Assembly (NCBI GenBank): GCA_951406725.2
Contig: OX597834.1
Location: 44,330,001 to 44,394,000 of the forward strand
Reading direction: 5' to 3'
Length of the DNA stretch: 64,000 nt
Origin: Octopus vulgaris
Taxonomy: Eukaryota
Under the pieces are notes generated by a model. That model did no database searches, had not been told where the DNA came from, and saw only the letters and a program-made list of their open reading frames with translations. The translations under genes were made by a program, and so were the position numbers. This document shows, piece after piece, positions 13,127-27,485 of this stretch (its first letter is position 1; each line of letters begins with the position of its first letter).

Positions 13127-13888
13127 CATACATACATTCATGCATAAATGCATAAATTGATGGGCATTATTTCATACACCCACCAGCGCTTCTGTTGGCT
13201 CCGAGGAAGCATGGGAAAGAACACGGACTAATGGTGGTCGTATATTGATTCTTGCTCGCGTCTCGCTTCTCACTTGTTCGTCGGGTTTGACTTCTCCATT
13301 GCAGAATCAAAACTGAGACATTATGACCACTTCGCCCCCTGTCCCTTGGCCATCCATATTTCGTAGCCATTCACTGATACCGACGAGATGATACAGCTTG
13401 CCAGCATGGCCTGGCCACTAACGAAACGGCTTAATCAAACTAACACAAACACACACACACATACATTTATGTGCGTTTCTGTGCGTGTGTGTGTGTGTGT
13501 GTATTTGTGTACAAGAATATAAACCTGTAATTGCTATTTTTGTGTCAGAGTATTTGCTTATTAATCAATCAACTATTTCCTGCTACTATTTAACTATATC
13601 ACTATCAATCTATCTATCCCTCTATATGTCTATTTCTCTGTCTATATATCTATCTACCTATCTATCTATCTATCCACCAAAAAATCTATCTACGTACGTA
13701 CGTACCTGCCTACCTACCAACATAGCCACCTATTTCTCTCTCTGCCTCTTTCTTTCTTTCTCTCTCTCTCTCTCTATCTATTTATCTAACTAATCTATCT
13801 ATCTATCTATCTAACCAAGTACATATCTGTTAATTGACTGTATATATATTTCTGTATATATATATGTATGTATTTATGTAGAAACATA

Positions 13889-13940
<52 letters not shown>

Positions 13941-14054
13941 TACATACATATATATATGTATATATATACATGTATATATCTATCTATATATACATATATA
14001 AATATATATATATATGTATATATATATACACATATATATGTGTATGTATGTATG

Positions 14055-14101
<47 letters not shown>

Positions 14102-14151
14102 TATTATATATATATATATATATATACACACACATAGATACGTACATTCAT

Positions 14152-14203
<52 letters not shown>

Positions 14204-14394
14204 TTGCATTCATACATACGCACACATATGCACAAATGTGTGTGGGGTGTGCGTGGACGTGCTTGCGCATGTGTAATGTTTATGTTGCTAACAATTCGTC
14301 GTCCCTCTCTCAATATTCCTTTATTTTCCCTTCATTTTCCCCTTCCTCTTTCTGCTTTCTTATTTATGACGCTCGCCATTTTACCACACACACA

Positions 14395-14470
<76 letters not shown>

Positions 14471-14851
14471 TGTATGTATGTATATATATATATATATATA
14501 CACACACAGTTATATATATATATGTATCTATGTATATATGTATGCATATGCGTGTGAGTATGTACCTATAGATGAGCAAGCACACGTATGCATGCATAGA
14601 TACAAATATAGATGGAAGCAGGCCTAGCACGCGGTACACAAAGGTACAACATGTTAGTAATTAATTGCGATTGTGTGCTTCAGTCTATGAAATAATTAAA
14701 GAGTGTCAGCCCAGTCAGAAACTATTATTAAATCGTCTATTCACTAAACGTGTCCAATTAAAACTAGCGCCCAGCTTCACCGATTCATACACACAAACAT
14801 ACGTATGTATATATATATATATATGTGTATGTATTTATGTATGGATATATA

Positions 14852-14887
<36 letters not shown>

Positions 14888-15193
14888 TGTATGTATGTAT
14901 GTATGTATGTATGTATGTATATGTATATGTATAAACGATGTGTATTGAGGGAGATAGGTGTAGTGGGAAAGAGGGGGAGGGGGAATGAGATTGATTGAGA
15001 AAATGAGAATGTTGCGAAATATAGTTTGCATATAAGCGCGCGTGTATGTGTGTTTGCTTGAGTGTGTGTGTGTGTGTGTTTGTGTGCGTATGTGTATGCG
15101 TGTGAGCGTGTGTATGTATACATACATATTTACATGTATATCTGCATATAAACATATATATATGTCCGTCTATCTATCTATCTATCTATTTAT

Positions 15194-15243
<50 letters not shown>

Positions 15244-15366
15244 CTCTATCTATATATCTGTCTATCTATCTATCTATCTATCTATCTATATATATATATA
15301 TTTGTTTATCTATCAATCAATCTATCTGTATGTCTTATTGTATGTTCACATCTATCTGTTTATACA

Positions 15367-15400
<34 letters not shown>

Positions 15401-15538
15401 TGGGGATATATACACAAACTCATACGTACATACATTACACACGCACACGTGTATATTTGCCGCGCTCGATCTCATTATCTTTCTCCCTCTCGCTACTCCT
15501 CTCCCCTCTTTCTTTCCCTCGCTCTCTTACTATACAAA

Positions 15539-15578
<40 letters not shown>

Positions 15579-15996
15579 CACACACAATTTACATATAGAG
15601 GGAAATAGCGGGGAGTGCGAGCGGAGTTAGAATTCGTAAGTGGAAGGCGTGGAGTAACGTTGGTTGGTGGTTCGCCGAAAGCGTTCGTTTTGATATCAGG
15701 AGGATGAGTGAAGAATATTAAAAATGCGAAGATGACAGAATCGTAGAGGTGAGAGGAAGTTGCCAGGAGAGAGTATGTCACTTGTTAATACACTCTTACT
15801 CTCACTGCTTGCGGTCAGTGATATACAGCCATGCTGGAGCACCGCCTTCTCTGTCACTCTTTTAAACGACGTCGGTAACTGAGGTCAGCGTGGCGCATAT
15901 TTCGCCATTCTAAATTTTAGTAATTTAGCCATTTCCATATTATTTGTGCGTGTGCACGTGTGTGTGTGTGCGTGTGTGTGTGTGTATGTATGTGTG

Positions 15997-16215
15997 TGTG
16001 TCGCCCGTCTCATCGATAATCGGTGGGCCCGCGCAGTTGTCGAGCGGTACCCGCGTGAGCAGAAACGTCCCCTCGGAAGGCCTCCACGACGTCGGAGTTA
16101 CGATTTCTCGTGGATGAGAAAGGCGCGATCCAGAGAGGAGTGGACAGCGTGCTGTGACCAGCGGTGTCAAATGGACGCCCGACGACTGGTCGGTCAAGGT
16201 GATCAAGGTGAAGTA
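15997..16215 (+). mobile_element. 3' end of an RTE-clade LINE
   Basis: VARLIDNRWARAVVERYPREQKRPLGRPPRR...WMRKARSREEW matches the RTE ORF C-terminal pattern (HVAR..DNRW...WYPR..KR..GRP..RW). Short tandem tail caaggtgat. Confidence 0.8.
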
Positions 16216-16217
16216 TG

Positions 16218-16253
<36 letters not shown>

Positions 16254-16529
16254 AACATATATATATAAAAAAAAAAATCTATATATATAACATATACACA
16301 CACACACAAACATATATACACTTGTGTGTTGAGTCCAACACACAAGTGCAAACAAGGGAGTCAGAGAAAGGCAGAATGCCACTTAAATCTGAACACTACT
16401 ATAGAAATATCTGAACACTTAAATCTGAACACTACTATAGAAATATTCTTTTAAAAAAACTTTTCTTCTATTTTTCAATTTATATATATATATACACACA
16501 CACACATTTTTGAATATATATATATATAT

Positions 16530-16571
<42 letters not shown>

Positions 16572-16599
16572 GTATATATATGTGTGTGTGTGTATATAT

Positions 16600-16676
<77 letters not shown>

Positions 16677-16793
16677 CACGCCAAATTCATAAGGTATCGG
16701 TCGCTCGTTAAGGGGCCTGCGAAACCTGAAGTAGCATGGAACTGAATCAAATTGTTATAAATAAAATACATATATCGTGCATGCGTGAGTGCG

Positions 16794-16834
<41 letters not shown>

Positions 16835-16835
16835 A

Positions 16836-16884
<49 letters not shown>

Positions 16885-17574
16885 GTGTGCGTGTGTGCGT
16901 GTGTGGTACAGAGTAGAGACCATATCCTTATCAATGAACTCGACATGGCAGATAACCACTATTCATTGTGTTTAGTGAAACTATACATTTGTTTTTCTTT
17001 CTAATTCGGTATAATTTATTATTTATTGTGAATCTCGTTAAAACATTCGAATATAGCGAAAATTCCCTCAATTTTTCTCTGAGGAGAGCGATATCCATTT
17101 GAAGTAAATTATTCTATATTGTTGTCTCAGTTTTCATTTACATGGAGACATACGGACTCCTTTTGTCAGTCGGACCATTTAACACACATTGTGTTTCTTT
17201 TATGAGAGGAACTTTAATGGATTCACGGTACGGTTGATATTGGTGGTCTAGAACCCTTAGACAGGTTTCTAACGATGCGATTCTCGTTCAAGGAGGGCGC
17301 TGAAATAAGGCGTAATTCAAAATTGAACCTGGAATGCTAAGAGCTCCTATGGTACCACTGATACCCTGTCATAGAGTAGAATTTGTTTATCGACTCGAAA
17401 ATATGAAAAGTGATTGAATAACTTCGAAGAGATTTGAACTCTCATCCCTCAACGAATGTCCATATTCATTCATATTCTTCAGCGAATGCTTTGATTCCTT
17501 TTTGTCTCAACGGTACAGTTAATGAACAATTAGTGATTTTAATTAAAATGTAAGTTTTTTCAAATTATGAATAT

Positions 17575-18068
17575 ATTCTTTTCTACTCTAAGCACAAGGA
17601 CCTAAACTTTTGAGGAGGGGACCAGTCGATTAGGTCGACCCCAGTACACAACTGGTACTCAATTTAACGACTTCCAAAAAATGGAAAGGAAAATTGACCG
17701 CGGTGGAATTAGAACTCGGAACATAAAGACATAAATGCCGCTAAGCATTTCGCCCGGTGTGCAAACGTTCCTTATTTCTTTACTGCACACAAGGGGTTTA
17801 ACACTGAGGGGACAAACAAAGACAGACAAAGGGTACTTAATTTATCGACCCCGAAAGGATCAAAGGTAAAGCCGACCTTGGAGGAATTTGAACTCAGAAC
17901 GTTCAGACAGACGGAATACTGTTCGGCAAAAGACAGCGGTTCGGCAAAAGAGAACCGATAGTATAAGTACTAGGCTTACAAAGAATAAATCCTGGAGGGT
18001 CGATTTGTTCGACTAAATGCGGTGCTCCACTATGGCTGCAGTCAAACGACTGAAACATATAAAAGAAT
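17575..18068. mobile_element. Cluster of two SINE C copies (-) and a SINE A 3' half (+)
   Basis: Sequence match to the other copies in the window. Confidence 0.8.
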
Positions 18069-18220
18069 GAAATAAATATATCTAGCAAACCTTACAATTG
18101 GTCTTAACCGCAATTTGAACTCGTACCCCCGATATTTGCCTCTCTGCTTAAATTAAAATCAGCTACGATCAGCATATTGATTAAATCTGCTAAAACAGTC
18201 ATTTTGTTACTGATTCTAGA

Positions 18221-18263
<43 letters not shown>

Positions 18264-18552
18264 GAGAGAGAGACGGAGAGAGGGAGAAAGAGAAAGAGAG
18301 AGAGAGAGAGAATGAAAGAAACAGAGGGGAAACAAAAGATCGATAGAGTGATCGAAAAGAGCAAAACGGAAAGAGAGGGAGAGAGAGAGAGAGAGAGAGA
18401 GAAAGAGGGAGGGAGACAATGGTAGAGAGAACTAAGGAGAAAAGAAAGGCAGTGGTTGAAATACAAAGCCTTCAATGAGGAGCAGAAGGAGGGGATAAAA
18501 ACACACAAACGCACTCACATACCCACACACACACATATATATATATATACAT

Positions 18553-18613
<61 letters not shown>

Positions 18614-18705
18614 TGTGCGCATGTATGTACATGCATATAAATCTACCATATCTTTCTACCTATGCACACACACATGTGCACACATACACACACGTGTTCA
18701 CACGC

Positions 18706-18750
<45 letters not shown>

Positions 18751-18775
18751 TTCACACGCGCTCAAACATATATGC

Positions 18776-18964
18776 AGGTGCAGGAGTGGGTGTGTGGTAA
18801 GTAGCTTGCTTATTAGCCACATGGTTGCGGGTTCAGTCCCACTGCATAGAACCTAGGGCTGGTGGCACCTTGGCTTACAAAGAGTAAGTCCTGGCGTCGA
18901 TTTGCTCGACTAAAGGCGGTGCTCCAGCATGGACGCAGTCAGATGACTGAAACAAGTAAAAGAA
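18776..18964 (+). mobile_element. SINE family A with internal deletion
   Basis: Head is joined directly to the ggcttacaaaga 3' part. Confidence 0.8.
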
Positions 18965-18975
18965 TACGTTTGCGC

Positions 18976-19011
<36 letters not shown>

Positions 19012-19081
19012 CGAGAGAGGCTCAGACAGAAGACATGGACGAGGCCAGAGTTAATAGTTGAATAGAAGTGAGAGAAAGAGT

Positions 19082-19114
<33 letters not shown>

Positions 19115-19254
19115 CGAAAGAGAGAGTTTTATTAGTGGACAATGGAATGGCGGTAGAGTTGCGTCAGTGGACACAATCAATCGCATACGTTCCCCTACGA
19201 ATACATTTGCATGTGCATCACGGGAGGAATATATTGAATAAATGTGTGTATATA

Positions 19255-19301
19255 TATATATACATGTACAATACATACATACACACATACATATACAGAG
19301 G

Positions 19302-19337
<36 letters not shown>

Positions 19338-19368
19338 CATATATATACATACATACACATACGCGCAC

Positions 19369-19411
<43 letters not shown>

Positions 19412-19720
19412 TGAGATACATACATACACACATACTTATACAGAGGCACACACACACACATACACACACCACACACACATATATATATATATATACATAC
19501 ACATACGTGCACGTATATATATATATATACATATACAATACATACATACACACATGCATATACAGAGGCACACACACACACATATATATATATATATACA
19601 TACGTACACATACGCGCACGTATATATATATATATATGTATATATATACATATATACAATACATACATACACACATACATATACAGAGGCACACACACAT
19701 ATATATATATATATACATAA
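19255..19720. repeat. Degenerate higher-order repeat within AT/AC microsatellite
   Basis: Motif atacagaggcacacac recurs four times. Confidence 0.75.
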
Positions 19721-20143
19721 TATATATACATATATATACATATATATATATATGTAGGTGTGAGTGTGTCTGTGTATATATATGTATCTTTATATATGTA
19801 TGTATGTACATATATATATATATAAATGTATGCATATGTTTATTTCTTTGTGTGTACGTGTTTGCGTGTATATATATCAGTAACCTTTTGGCGTGTAGAT
19901 GTTGGTGTGTGTGGTTTCGGAGAGGGCGATGCACGCAGGCGCATGCGCATGCGCGCGTGCAGCTAAATGCAAGTCTTAATGGTTGCGTAATTAATCGGTT
20001 GGTAAAACCTACAAATTGCCTCTGCGCGGCCCCGGCCAGGTAGAGGCATTAATAAGCATTTCGGTAATTCCATTTGCTTTGCAGTCGCTCTCGTTGTTGT
20101 TGTTGTTGCTGCTGTTATTGTTGCTGATGAAAACGACAGTGGT

Positions 20144-20175
<32 letters not shown>

Positions 20176-20198
20176 TGATGATGATTGTCGTGATAGAA

Positions 20199-20230
<32 letters not shown>

Positions 20231-20665
20231 CGATGACGATGATGATGAAGATGATGATGATGACGATGATGATGACGATGATGATGATGACGACGACGAC
20301 GATGATGACGCTGATGATGATGATGATGATGATGATTGTCGAGATGGAAGATGATGATGATGATGATGATGACGTCGACGATGATGACGATGGTGATGAT
20401 GATGATGACGTCGACGATGATGTCGATGGTGATGATGATGATGACGACGATGAAGACAATGATGACGATGACGATGATAATGATGATGAGGAGGGGGAGG
20501 ATGAGGAGGAGGAGGAGAAGGAGAAGGAGATAGATGGTGATTAGGATGATGATGATGATAACGACATGGTGATGATGATGATGATGCTGATGATGAGGAG
20601 GATGAGGATTATGACAACGACGACCACGATGACGTTGATGATGATGATGATGATGATTGTGATGA

Positions 20666-20710
<45 letters not shown>

Positions 20711-21674
20711 AAGAAGAAGAAGAAGAAGAAGAAGAAGAAGAAGAAGAAGAAGAAGAAGAGTTGTAATAATGCTATTGGAAGCGGCTGACCAGGTCGTCAA
20801 CTATATGTAAGCAATCTCTGACAATTAACTTTATAGGTCAGGCTAATTAAAACAGTTCCCTACTGATTAATTAAATAGACACTGTTAATTAGTTGCCTTA
20901 AGAAGCGAATGTTCTTTCAAATGTTAATTGAATGAATAACTAACTGTGAGTGAAAGAATGAATGCTTAATTGCGAATGATCGGACGAGGAATGAATTAGT
21001 TACTGATTGCACTAAGGAAGAATACGTGAATAAGCGAATGCGAAATGAATATATGGGGCCGAATGAGGCGAGGAGGAATGAGGGAATGAGAGAATGATGA
21101 ATGAATACATGATTGAGTGAATGGCAGCTGTGTGAATTTAGTGGATTTGTAAATATGCCAAGGAATAAAGGAATTAATGATTCCGTGAGATGTGAAGAAA
21201 TTAGATGAACGATAACAAGCGAGAGATATCATTGGTGACAGTTTGAATGAGGGAAAGGAAGGAAAAGGAAACGATGAAATAATAGAATACAAGAATAAGT
21301 GTGTGAAAGAATAATATATAATTAGAGAATGAAAGATGTATAAGAAAGAATCAGCTTGGGGTTACGGAATGAAAGAATTAACGTATCAGCTGTTAGTAAA
21401 TATGCTAAGGAATAACGGAATTAAGGGTTCCATGAGATGTGAAGGAATTAGATTATGAATAAAAATAGAAGAAAGACCTTCTTTCTGATAGTTGGAATGA
21501 AAGAAAGGGAAGAAAATAAAGCGAATGATTAAACGATGGAATAATTGAATGCATGAAGAACTGCACGAGAGAATAAATAATTAGAGAATGAAAGAGGTAT
21601 AAGGGTGAATGAGCGTGGAAGTGCTCGGGAGAACGACGGATTAAAAGAATTAAGGAATCGTCTTTCACTTCATA

Positions 21675-21910
21675 CCTATTTCTTTACTGCCCACAAGGGG
21701 CTAAACACAAGAGAGGACAAACAAGGACAGACAAACGGATTAAGTCGATTATATCGACCCCAGTGCGTAACTGGTACTTATTTGATCGACCCCGAAAGGA
21801 TGAAAGGCAAGTCGACCTCGGCGTAATTTGAACTCAGAACGTAGCGGCAGACGAAATACCGCTAAGCATTTCGCCCGGCGTGCTAACGATTCTGCCAGTT
21901 CACCGCCTTT
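21675..21910 (-). mobile_element. Well-preserved SINE family C variant
   Basis: Reverse complement of ggcggtgaactggcagaatcgttagcacgccgggcgaaatgc... with tail agaaataggtat. Confidence 0.88.
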
Positions 21911-22124
21911 GCAAGTCTTCAGCTATATTAGAATGTAATATTTGGATATCTAAAACGATATCATTAAGCAAATTGGTGAAAAGTTTAAAGGTAAATATGG
22001 AATGTTCATTGGCTCCGAGGAAGCTATAGGATTTTGCACAAGTAATCGACTCTGAATGCATAACTTTTATAGTGGAAACAGCTGTTAGCTAATGAAATCA
22101 CTTACCTAATTGCTCTTTGTTTTT

Positions 22125-22156
<32 letters not shown>

Positions 22157-22356
22157 TATATATATATATGCGTGGCTGTCAGGTAAGAAGCTTGTTTACG
22201 AACTACATGCATTCAAATTCAAAATGGCTGAAGACTAGCATTACGCTTGAAACTCGGAGTACCAATGAATTTGAACGGAATTGTTTTGATCCATATGCGT
22301 ATGTGTGTTTGTGTGTGTGCGTGTGTGTGTGAGTCTGTATGTGTGTGTATATTATT

Positions 22357-22404
22357 TGAACAACAACAACAAAAACAACAACAATAATACTAATAATAGT
22401 AATA

Positions 22405-22464
<60 letters not shown>

Positions 22465-22635
22465 TCGAAAAATACCTTAGGAATGAGAACCCAGGTTCGA
22501 AATTTCCCCAAGTCACCTGAAGAAGGCTGGAGTATATATTAGCCGAACGTTGTGTTAACAACAAACAAGATGAGGACAAATATCCGTCGAATGTAAATAA
22601 TGTAAATAATTATTCATCTCTTAAATATAGAACTG
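22357..22635 (+). mobile_element. Second copy of the hammerhead-bearing element at 952-1350 (no tRNA head)
   Basis: (AAT)n-aacatcgaa...gagaacccaggttcgaaatttcccc...CTGAAGAAGGCTG...AGCCGAACGTTGTGTT...cttaaatatagaac. One A of GAAA is lost. Confidence 0.8.
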
Positions 22636-22790
22636 TAGAGTCAGCAGAATTTCGCCATTACCTTCTGCCGGAGCCGCGTGGATCTTAGGTGTTTCGCTCA
22701 TAAACACACACATCGCCCGGTTTGAGATTCGAACCCGTGATCCCTCGACCGCGAGTTCATTGCTCTAACCACTAGGGCTTGTGCCACCAC
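22636..22790 (-). mobile_element. tRNA-derived SINE family D
   Basis: Reverse complement has A box tagtggttagagc and B box ggttcgaatc. Similar to 42780-42973. Confidence 0.75.
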
Positions 22791-23208
22791 TTTGAATTTT
22801 TGTGGTAAAGAAATATTATAGGTGATGCGTCAGACCCACATGTGATCTAATGCAGTTTTAGAAATAAATAAATAAACATAAAAGCTGTAAGCTCACTTAA
22901 AGTGAAAACTCCACCAGAGGAACGATATTAATATAAACTCGTCACAGGTTCATGGCATAATGTTAAATGTTCGCCAGTTGAGTCATCAGATCACACTGAA
23001 AAGATTTAACTGAAAGCGAATATTTCTTGATATATTCTAGATAGAATAATTACACGTTATATTCCCTTATAACATGTAATTTTACGCCTGTTCTTTGACA
23101 TGTAAAAGGTTGACGTGACCTTTAAATAATTTGCTAACTTGTTTAATGGTTGATATCTTTAGTACTGTGGCAAAGCAGTTTGGTATCTCTCATGTTTTCC
23201 CTTGTATA

Positions 23209-23784
23209 ATAGGTTGTCCGGAAAGTTCGTGCCGATTTTTTAAAGGAAAGAAAAAGGTCAATAAATACTTGCCATTACCCAAGCTTTACCAGCTGCTCAT
23301 GAACGACGGATTTTGATAGTTTGAGGCTTTTTAAACAATTCTCGGGTTGTGCAATGTGGGTTATTCTCAATTAATGACTTGATTTGGTCATCATCTGTAG
23401 TTGATGATCTGCTTGATTGATCTTTATCAATAAGGCTACAATCTCCAGTTCGGAACCTTGCGAACCACTTCCGTACAGTTCTTTCGAATAAAGAAACATC
23501 ACCGTAAGCTGCGCATATTTCTTTGGTTGCTTGTGAGGCCTTTTTCCCTTTACGGAAAAAGAAAAGCATCAAGTGCCGAAAATGAACTTTCTTATCTTCC
23601 ATTTTAAAGGGTTACAGAATTAACACAGGTTATAGGAACATAAACCTTCTTCCACGAAAAGATAGCTTAAACTGTGTTCTAAATTGAGGTGTAATAAAAT
23701 CCTATTTCATGGACTCAACGATGTTCTAAAAAAAGGCGAAAGGAAAGCTACTATAAATCGGCGCGAACTTTCCGGACAACGCAA
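23209..23784 (-). mobile_element. Internally deleted mariner (Tc1/mariner) transposon
   Basis: TIRs ataggttgtccggaaagttcgtgccgattt and aaatcggcgcgaactttccggacaacgcaa. TA flanks at 23207-23208 and 23785-23786. Transposase N-terminus inside. Confidence 0.93.
23250..23602 (-). pseudogene. Mariner transposase remnant (N-terminal HTH DNA-binding region, DDD domain deleted)
   Basis: MEDKKVHFRHLMLFFFRKGKKASQATKEICAAYG...ERTVRKWFARFRTGDCSL...IENNPHCTTREL. Continues after a frameshift as SLKLSKSVVHEQLVKLG, fused to the C-terminal NGKY. Confidence 0.9.
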
Positions 23785-24904
23785 TATTATTTTCTTCCTT
23801 TTATAGTTTCACTTATTTTATAAGGTATTTCGTTCTGTATATTTTTCCAAAGCAAATAAGCGATGCTTTGGATATTCCTGCTAACTTCCATGTATGTTAC
23901 ATTCGCCCAAACAGCTACAACGATTGTTGGATATTAAAAATAGCGGTTTTAGCGAGGACTAATTCGATGCAGTCACCGGTCTCTCCACATGGACGTTAGC
24001 AAGCAAATCAATGTTGACAACAAAGAGATATGAAGTGTAATTAAACTTTCCATTGGGTTGAAATGCAATCGCAGATCAAGTCATAATCTTCATTGGTAAT
24101 TACACGAACGATGCAAGAACGATATGAAGAAAATGAACTTTGGAACTAATCTCCGATAATTAACAGGATAACCAGGTTGTGATGAAACGAGATTTCAAAC
24201 ACTCGTTATCTGATATTATAATCTTGAAATGTAATTAAATTATCTTACCACTCACCTTTCTCTGCGAAGAGAGAACGAGTAATAAGGAAATAGAATGAGG
24301 TAGAGACATGGAGGAACAGAAAGACAAAGACTTAATGAGAGAGAGAGAGCGAGAGAGAGAGAGGGGGGAGAGAGTGGAAAAAAGAAACCTGTTAGAAATA
24401 TATATAGATTACTTCAAGAAAAGTGGGAGAGAGAGACAGAGAGATTGGAAGAGAGAAAATAAGAGATGAGCGGAGAGAAAGATATAGGAGGAAGAAGATA
24501 GCAGTCTGAGGGAAGGATGGTGGTGGTGGTGGTGGTGGGGTATAGGGGTTGAGGACGGGGAAGGGCTGTGTCGGTTTCTTTCAATGATATTAGAATGACT
24601 AAATTAGGAACGTGTAATAGACAAAGAGATGCAATGAATGTCTCACCTCAATTTGCTGCTGGAATTGAACAGAATTGAACAGGATTGGTGATAGGGGCGT
24701 CTAATAGTTTGTGATATTCATTTCAACAATCAACTCTGCTAACACTATCCTGCACACGGAGTGGCACGTAGACACATGGACACATATGCAGAAGAAAATA
24801 CAAAACATTTACATACACACACTTATACACACATACATATACATGTCCCATTTTATATGTATATATGTATGTAAAGACATACATACTTATATACTGTCCC
24901 ATTT

Positions 24905-24949
<45 letters not shown>

Positions 24950-26830
24950 CGGCGTACGTACACTTTGTTCTCTTATATGTAAGTATGTATACATATATAC
25001 ATACATATGTACATACATACGAACATACATGCATACAAACAAACATACATACTTACATATATACATACGTATATGCATACGTACATACGTACACACATAT
25101 ATATATTCATACATACATATGCACACATACACACACACACACACACATAGACTTGTGTATTAATTAATTCCTGAGATGGCGTATTTGCAGATAAGTTGTA
25201 AATAAAGTTATGTTTATTTACTAAAAATGGATTTAGGCTCGTTGTACCGCAACCTCTCTCTGCAGAACAACCGATCAAATTTTCCCGTTTTACAACCTCG
25301 TCATGAGGGTTTGTGCCATCAAAACCGTAAGAAGAGAGTTCGAAGACAGAAGGAGACAGAGAGAAATAGGGAGGCCGAGAGACAATGTGTGTGTGTGTGT
25401 GTGTGTGCGCGCATAGCTTACCTTTGAAAGAAAAATATGATGAACAACAGAAATTGCTTTGGTTTCTTTGCATAATCATTCGATACGATGGTGATGTAGA
25501 AGCATTTTTAAGTACAAAGTATTTGTGGATAAGGTTAGTCGTTTAACAAGCCAATTAGCTAGTTAGAAAATCTCTATAAGAGATAGGAACAGTAACTATT
25601 ACTGACAAGCAATGCTTATTGCCACTGAAGCATGACTGTTCCGTGGGAACCGGCGTTACTGGTATTTTTAATCCCAGAATGACGCCTCCTCCGGCTGGTT
25701 ATTCGATGCAGTCTGCACTCGATGTATATTACAAACAGGGGAGTGCACTCCTACCATCATCTAGCCACGAGACCACCAGATCGTTTTTCGACCTCTTTGT
25801 AGATTAAGAGGATTCCCTTCAACTAGATAGTTCATTTGTTTTAAATATTAATGATAATGTGTGATGTAATACTATGTATATATATATATATATGTATACG
25901 CATGCGCCTGAGTGTGCACATATTTATGTAACTAGAACGAACCATATGAAAAATATCCGAGCATAGTCTAAATGAATCAGTGCTTATTTATGGGCGAGGT
26001 CCTATTTCGCAGCCATGGTACTTTTAGTCAATATTTTGATGAGAAACAAAAATTATTATAGGAATTCCGGAATAGAACAGGAGAATTCTTACGAATCAAT
26101 AATTAATTTGAATCATTATTAATATCGATGGCTAAGACACGCTGAACCAGCTTAAGTGTATTAAAAGATTAAAGTCTGGTCACCTTCGTTTTTCAGCTTA
26201 ACACCTCTGAAATGACCACTTTTATCGTTTACCTCGATGTCCACTGCTCTATCAGAAGTATTCTGATCAGGTCTTCGGTTGCGAATAACTTTTCAGCCAT
26301 GGATTGTTCCTTCCTTCTATCCAGTGCAGTCACGGAATTCCTAGCAAAAGGTCATGCGAGTTGGCCCTTCCTCTTCTGACTAAGCTTATAACAAATACAA
26401 AAATAAATTATGACTCATCACTAAGGATCCTTCCCCTATACAATCCCCTTATAAAACTCGCCTGAGTGACTTGTCACAAGATATCAATACTATGTTGATA
26501 TTAACGACCGTAGTTTAGGAGAGAGAGAGACACTGTTCATTCCTGTTTCAATTTACTTCAATAATTCTTTTTATTTTATTTTTTGTATATTGACTTAGAA
26601 ATGGTTTGATTTCTGAATATCTTCATTATTTTGCTGGTATCACGTCTTGCATACTTCCTGTAGGGTTGCAATGTATTGTGAGATATATATCAATTAAAAT
26701 TCCAGTCCTTTAGTCACGGGTGATTGTAAAGTTTATGACAAGAATGCTTGTTGTAACACAAGACGCATGGTTCGAACGACACCACAATTAAGACAGAATC
26801 ATAAAAATTGCATCGGGATTAATTGCCAAC

Positions 26831-26888
<58 letters not shown>

Positions 26889-27239
26889 ACACATACTAAC
26901 GCAGACAGAGGCTTACATTACATACACAAAGTAAAGAGGCATTCATGGCTACTCATGTATCTTTATATACGTGTATATTATATATATATGTGTGTGTATA
27001 AGGAATATAAGACATGATAGAAAATGCAACAATAATTTTATCATGAAATACATTTTGTGACGCTTAGTTCCGGTTTCGTGTTTTTGATTTTTTTTTTATC
27101 TAAGAGTAAAACAAAGGCGAATATTGATTAAGAGGAAAAACAATTAAATTGAAGAAAAAGTAAAATGTAACGTTTTGTAAATATTTCCATAGTGTTCAAA
27201 TAGCTAGGACATTTTTCTTTTTTCTGTCCCCCTCTCTTT

Positions 27240-27485
27240 ACGAGTGTTGTGTGTGTTTATGGAGCGAAAAGTCCTAAAGCTCCACGAGGCTCCGACAGGG
27301 GGTGGTGGCGACCCCTGTTGTATTCTTTCGCCCCAACTTTCTCTCACTCTTTCTTCCTGTTTCTTGAGTAACGCTGCGATGAACAGGCGTCCCATCCAGC
27401 TGGGGGGGAGGGGGACACATACGCCATAGAAACGGAGAAACCGGGCCCATGAGACTGGCTAGGCTTGAAAAGGACGCATAAATAA
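27240..27485 (+). mobile_element. Chimeric SINE: family D body joined to a family B 3' half
   Basis: aaagctccacgaggctccg (D) runs into tgagtaacgctgcgatg...ggctaggct (B). Confidence 0.7.

Noticed and set aside
13167-13370. Possible RTE C-terminus (KYGWPRDRGRS)
   Set aside because: Similarity is too short and degenerate to support.
16381-16446. 30-bp direct repeat acttaaatctgaacactactatagaaatat
   Set aside because: Simple local slippage duplication with nothing inserted.
20016-20544. Poly-Asp ORFs resembling acidic biomineral proteins
   Set aside because: (GAT/GAC)n tract open in several frames, with no supported gene structure.
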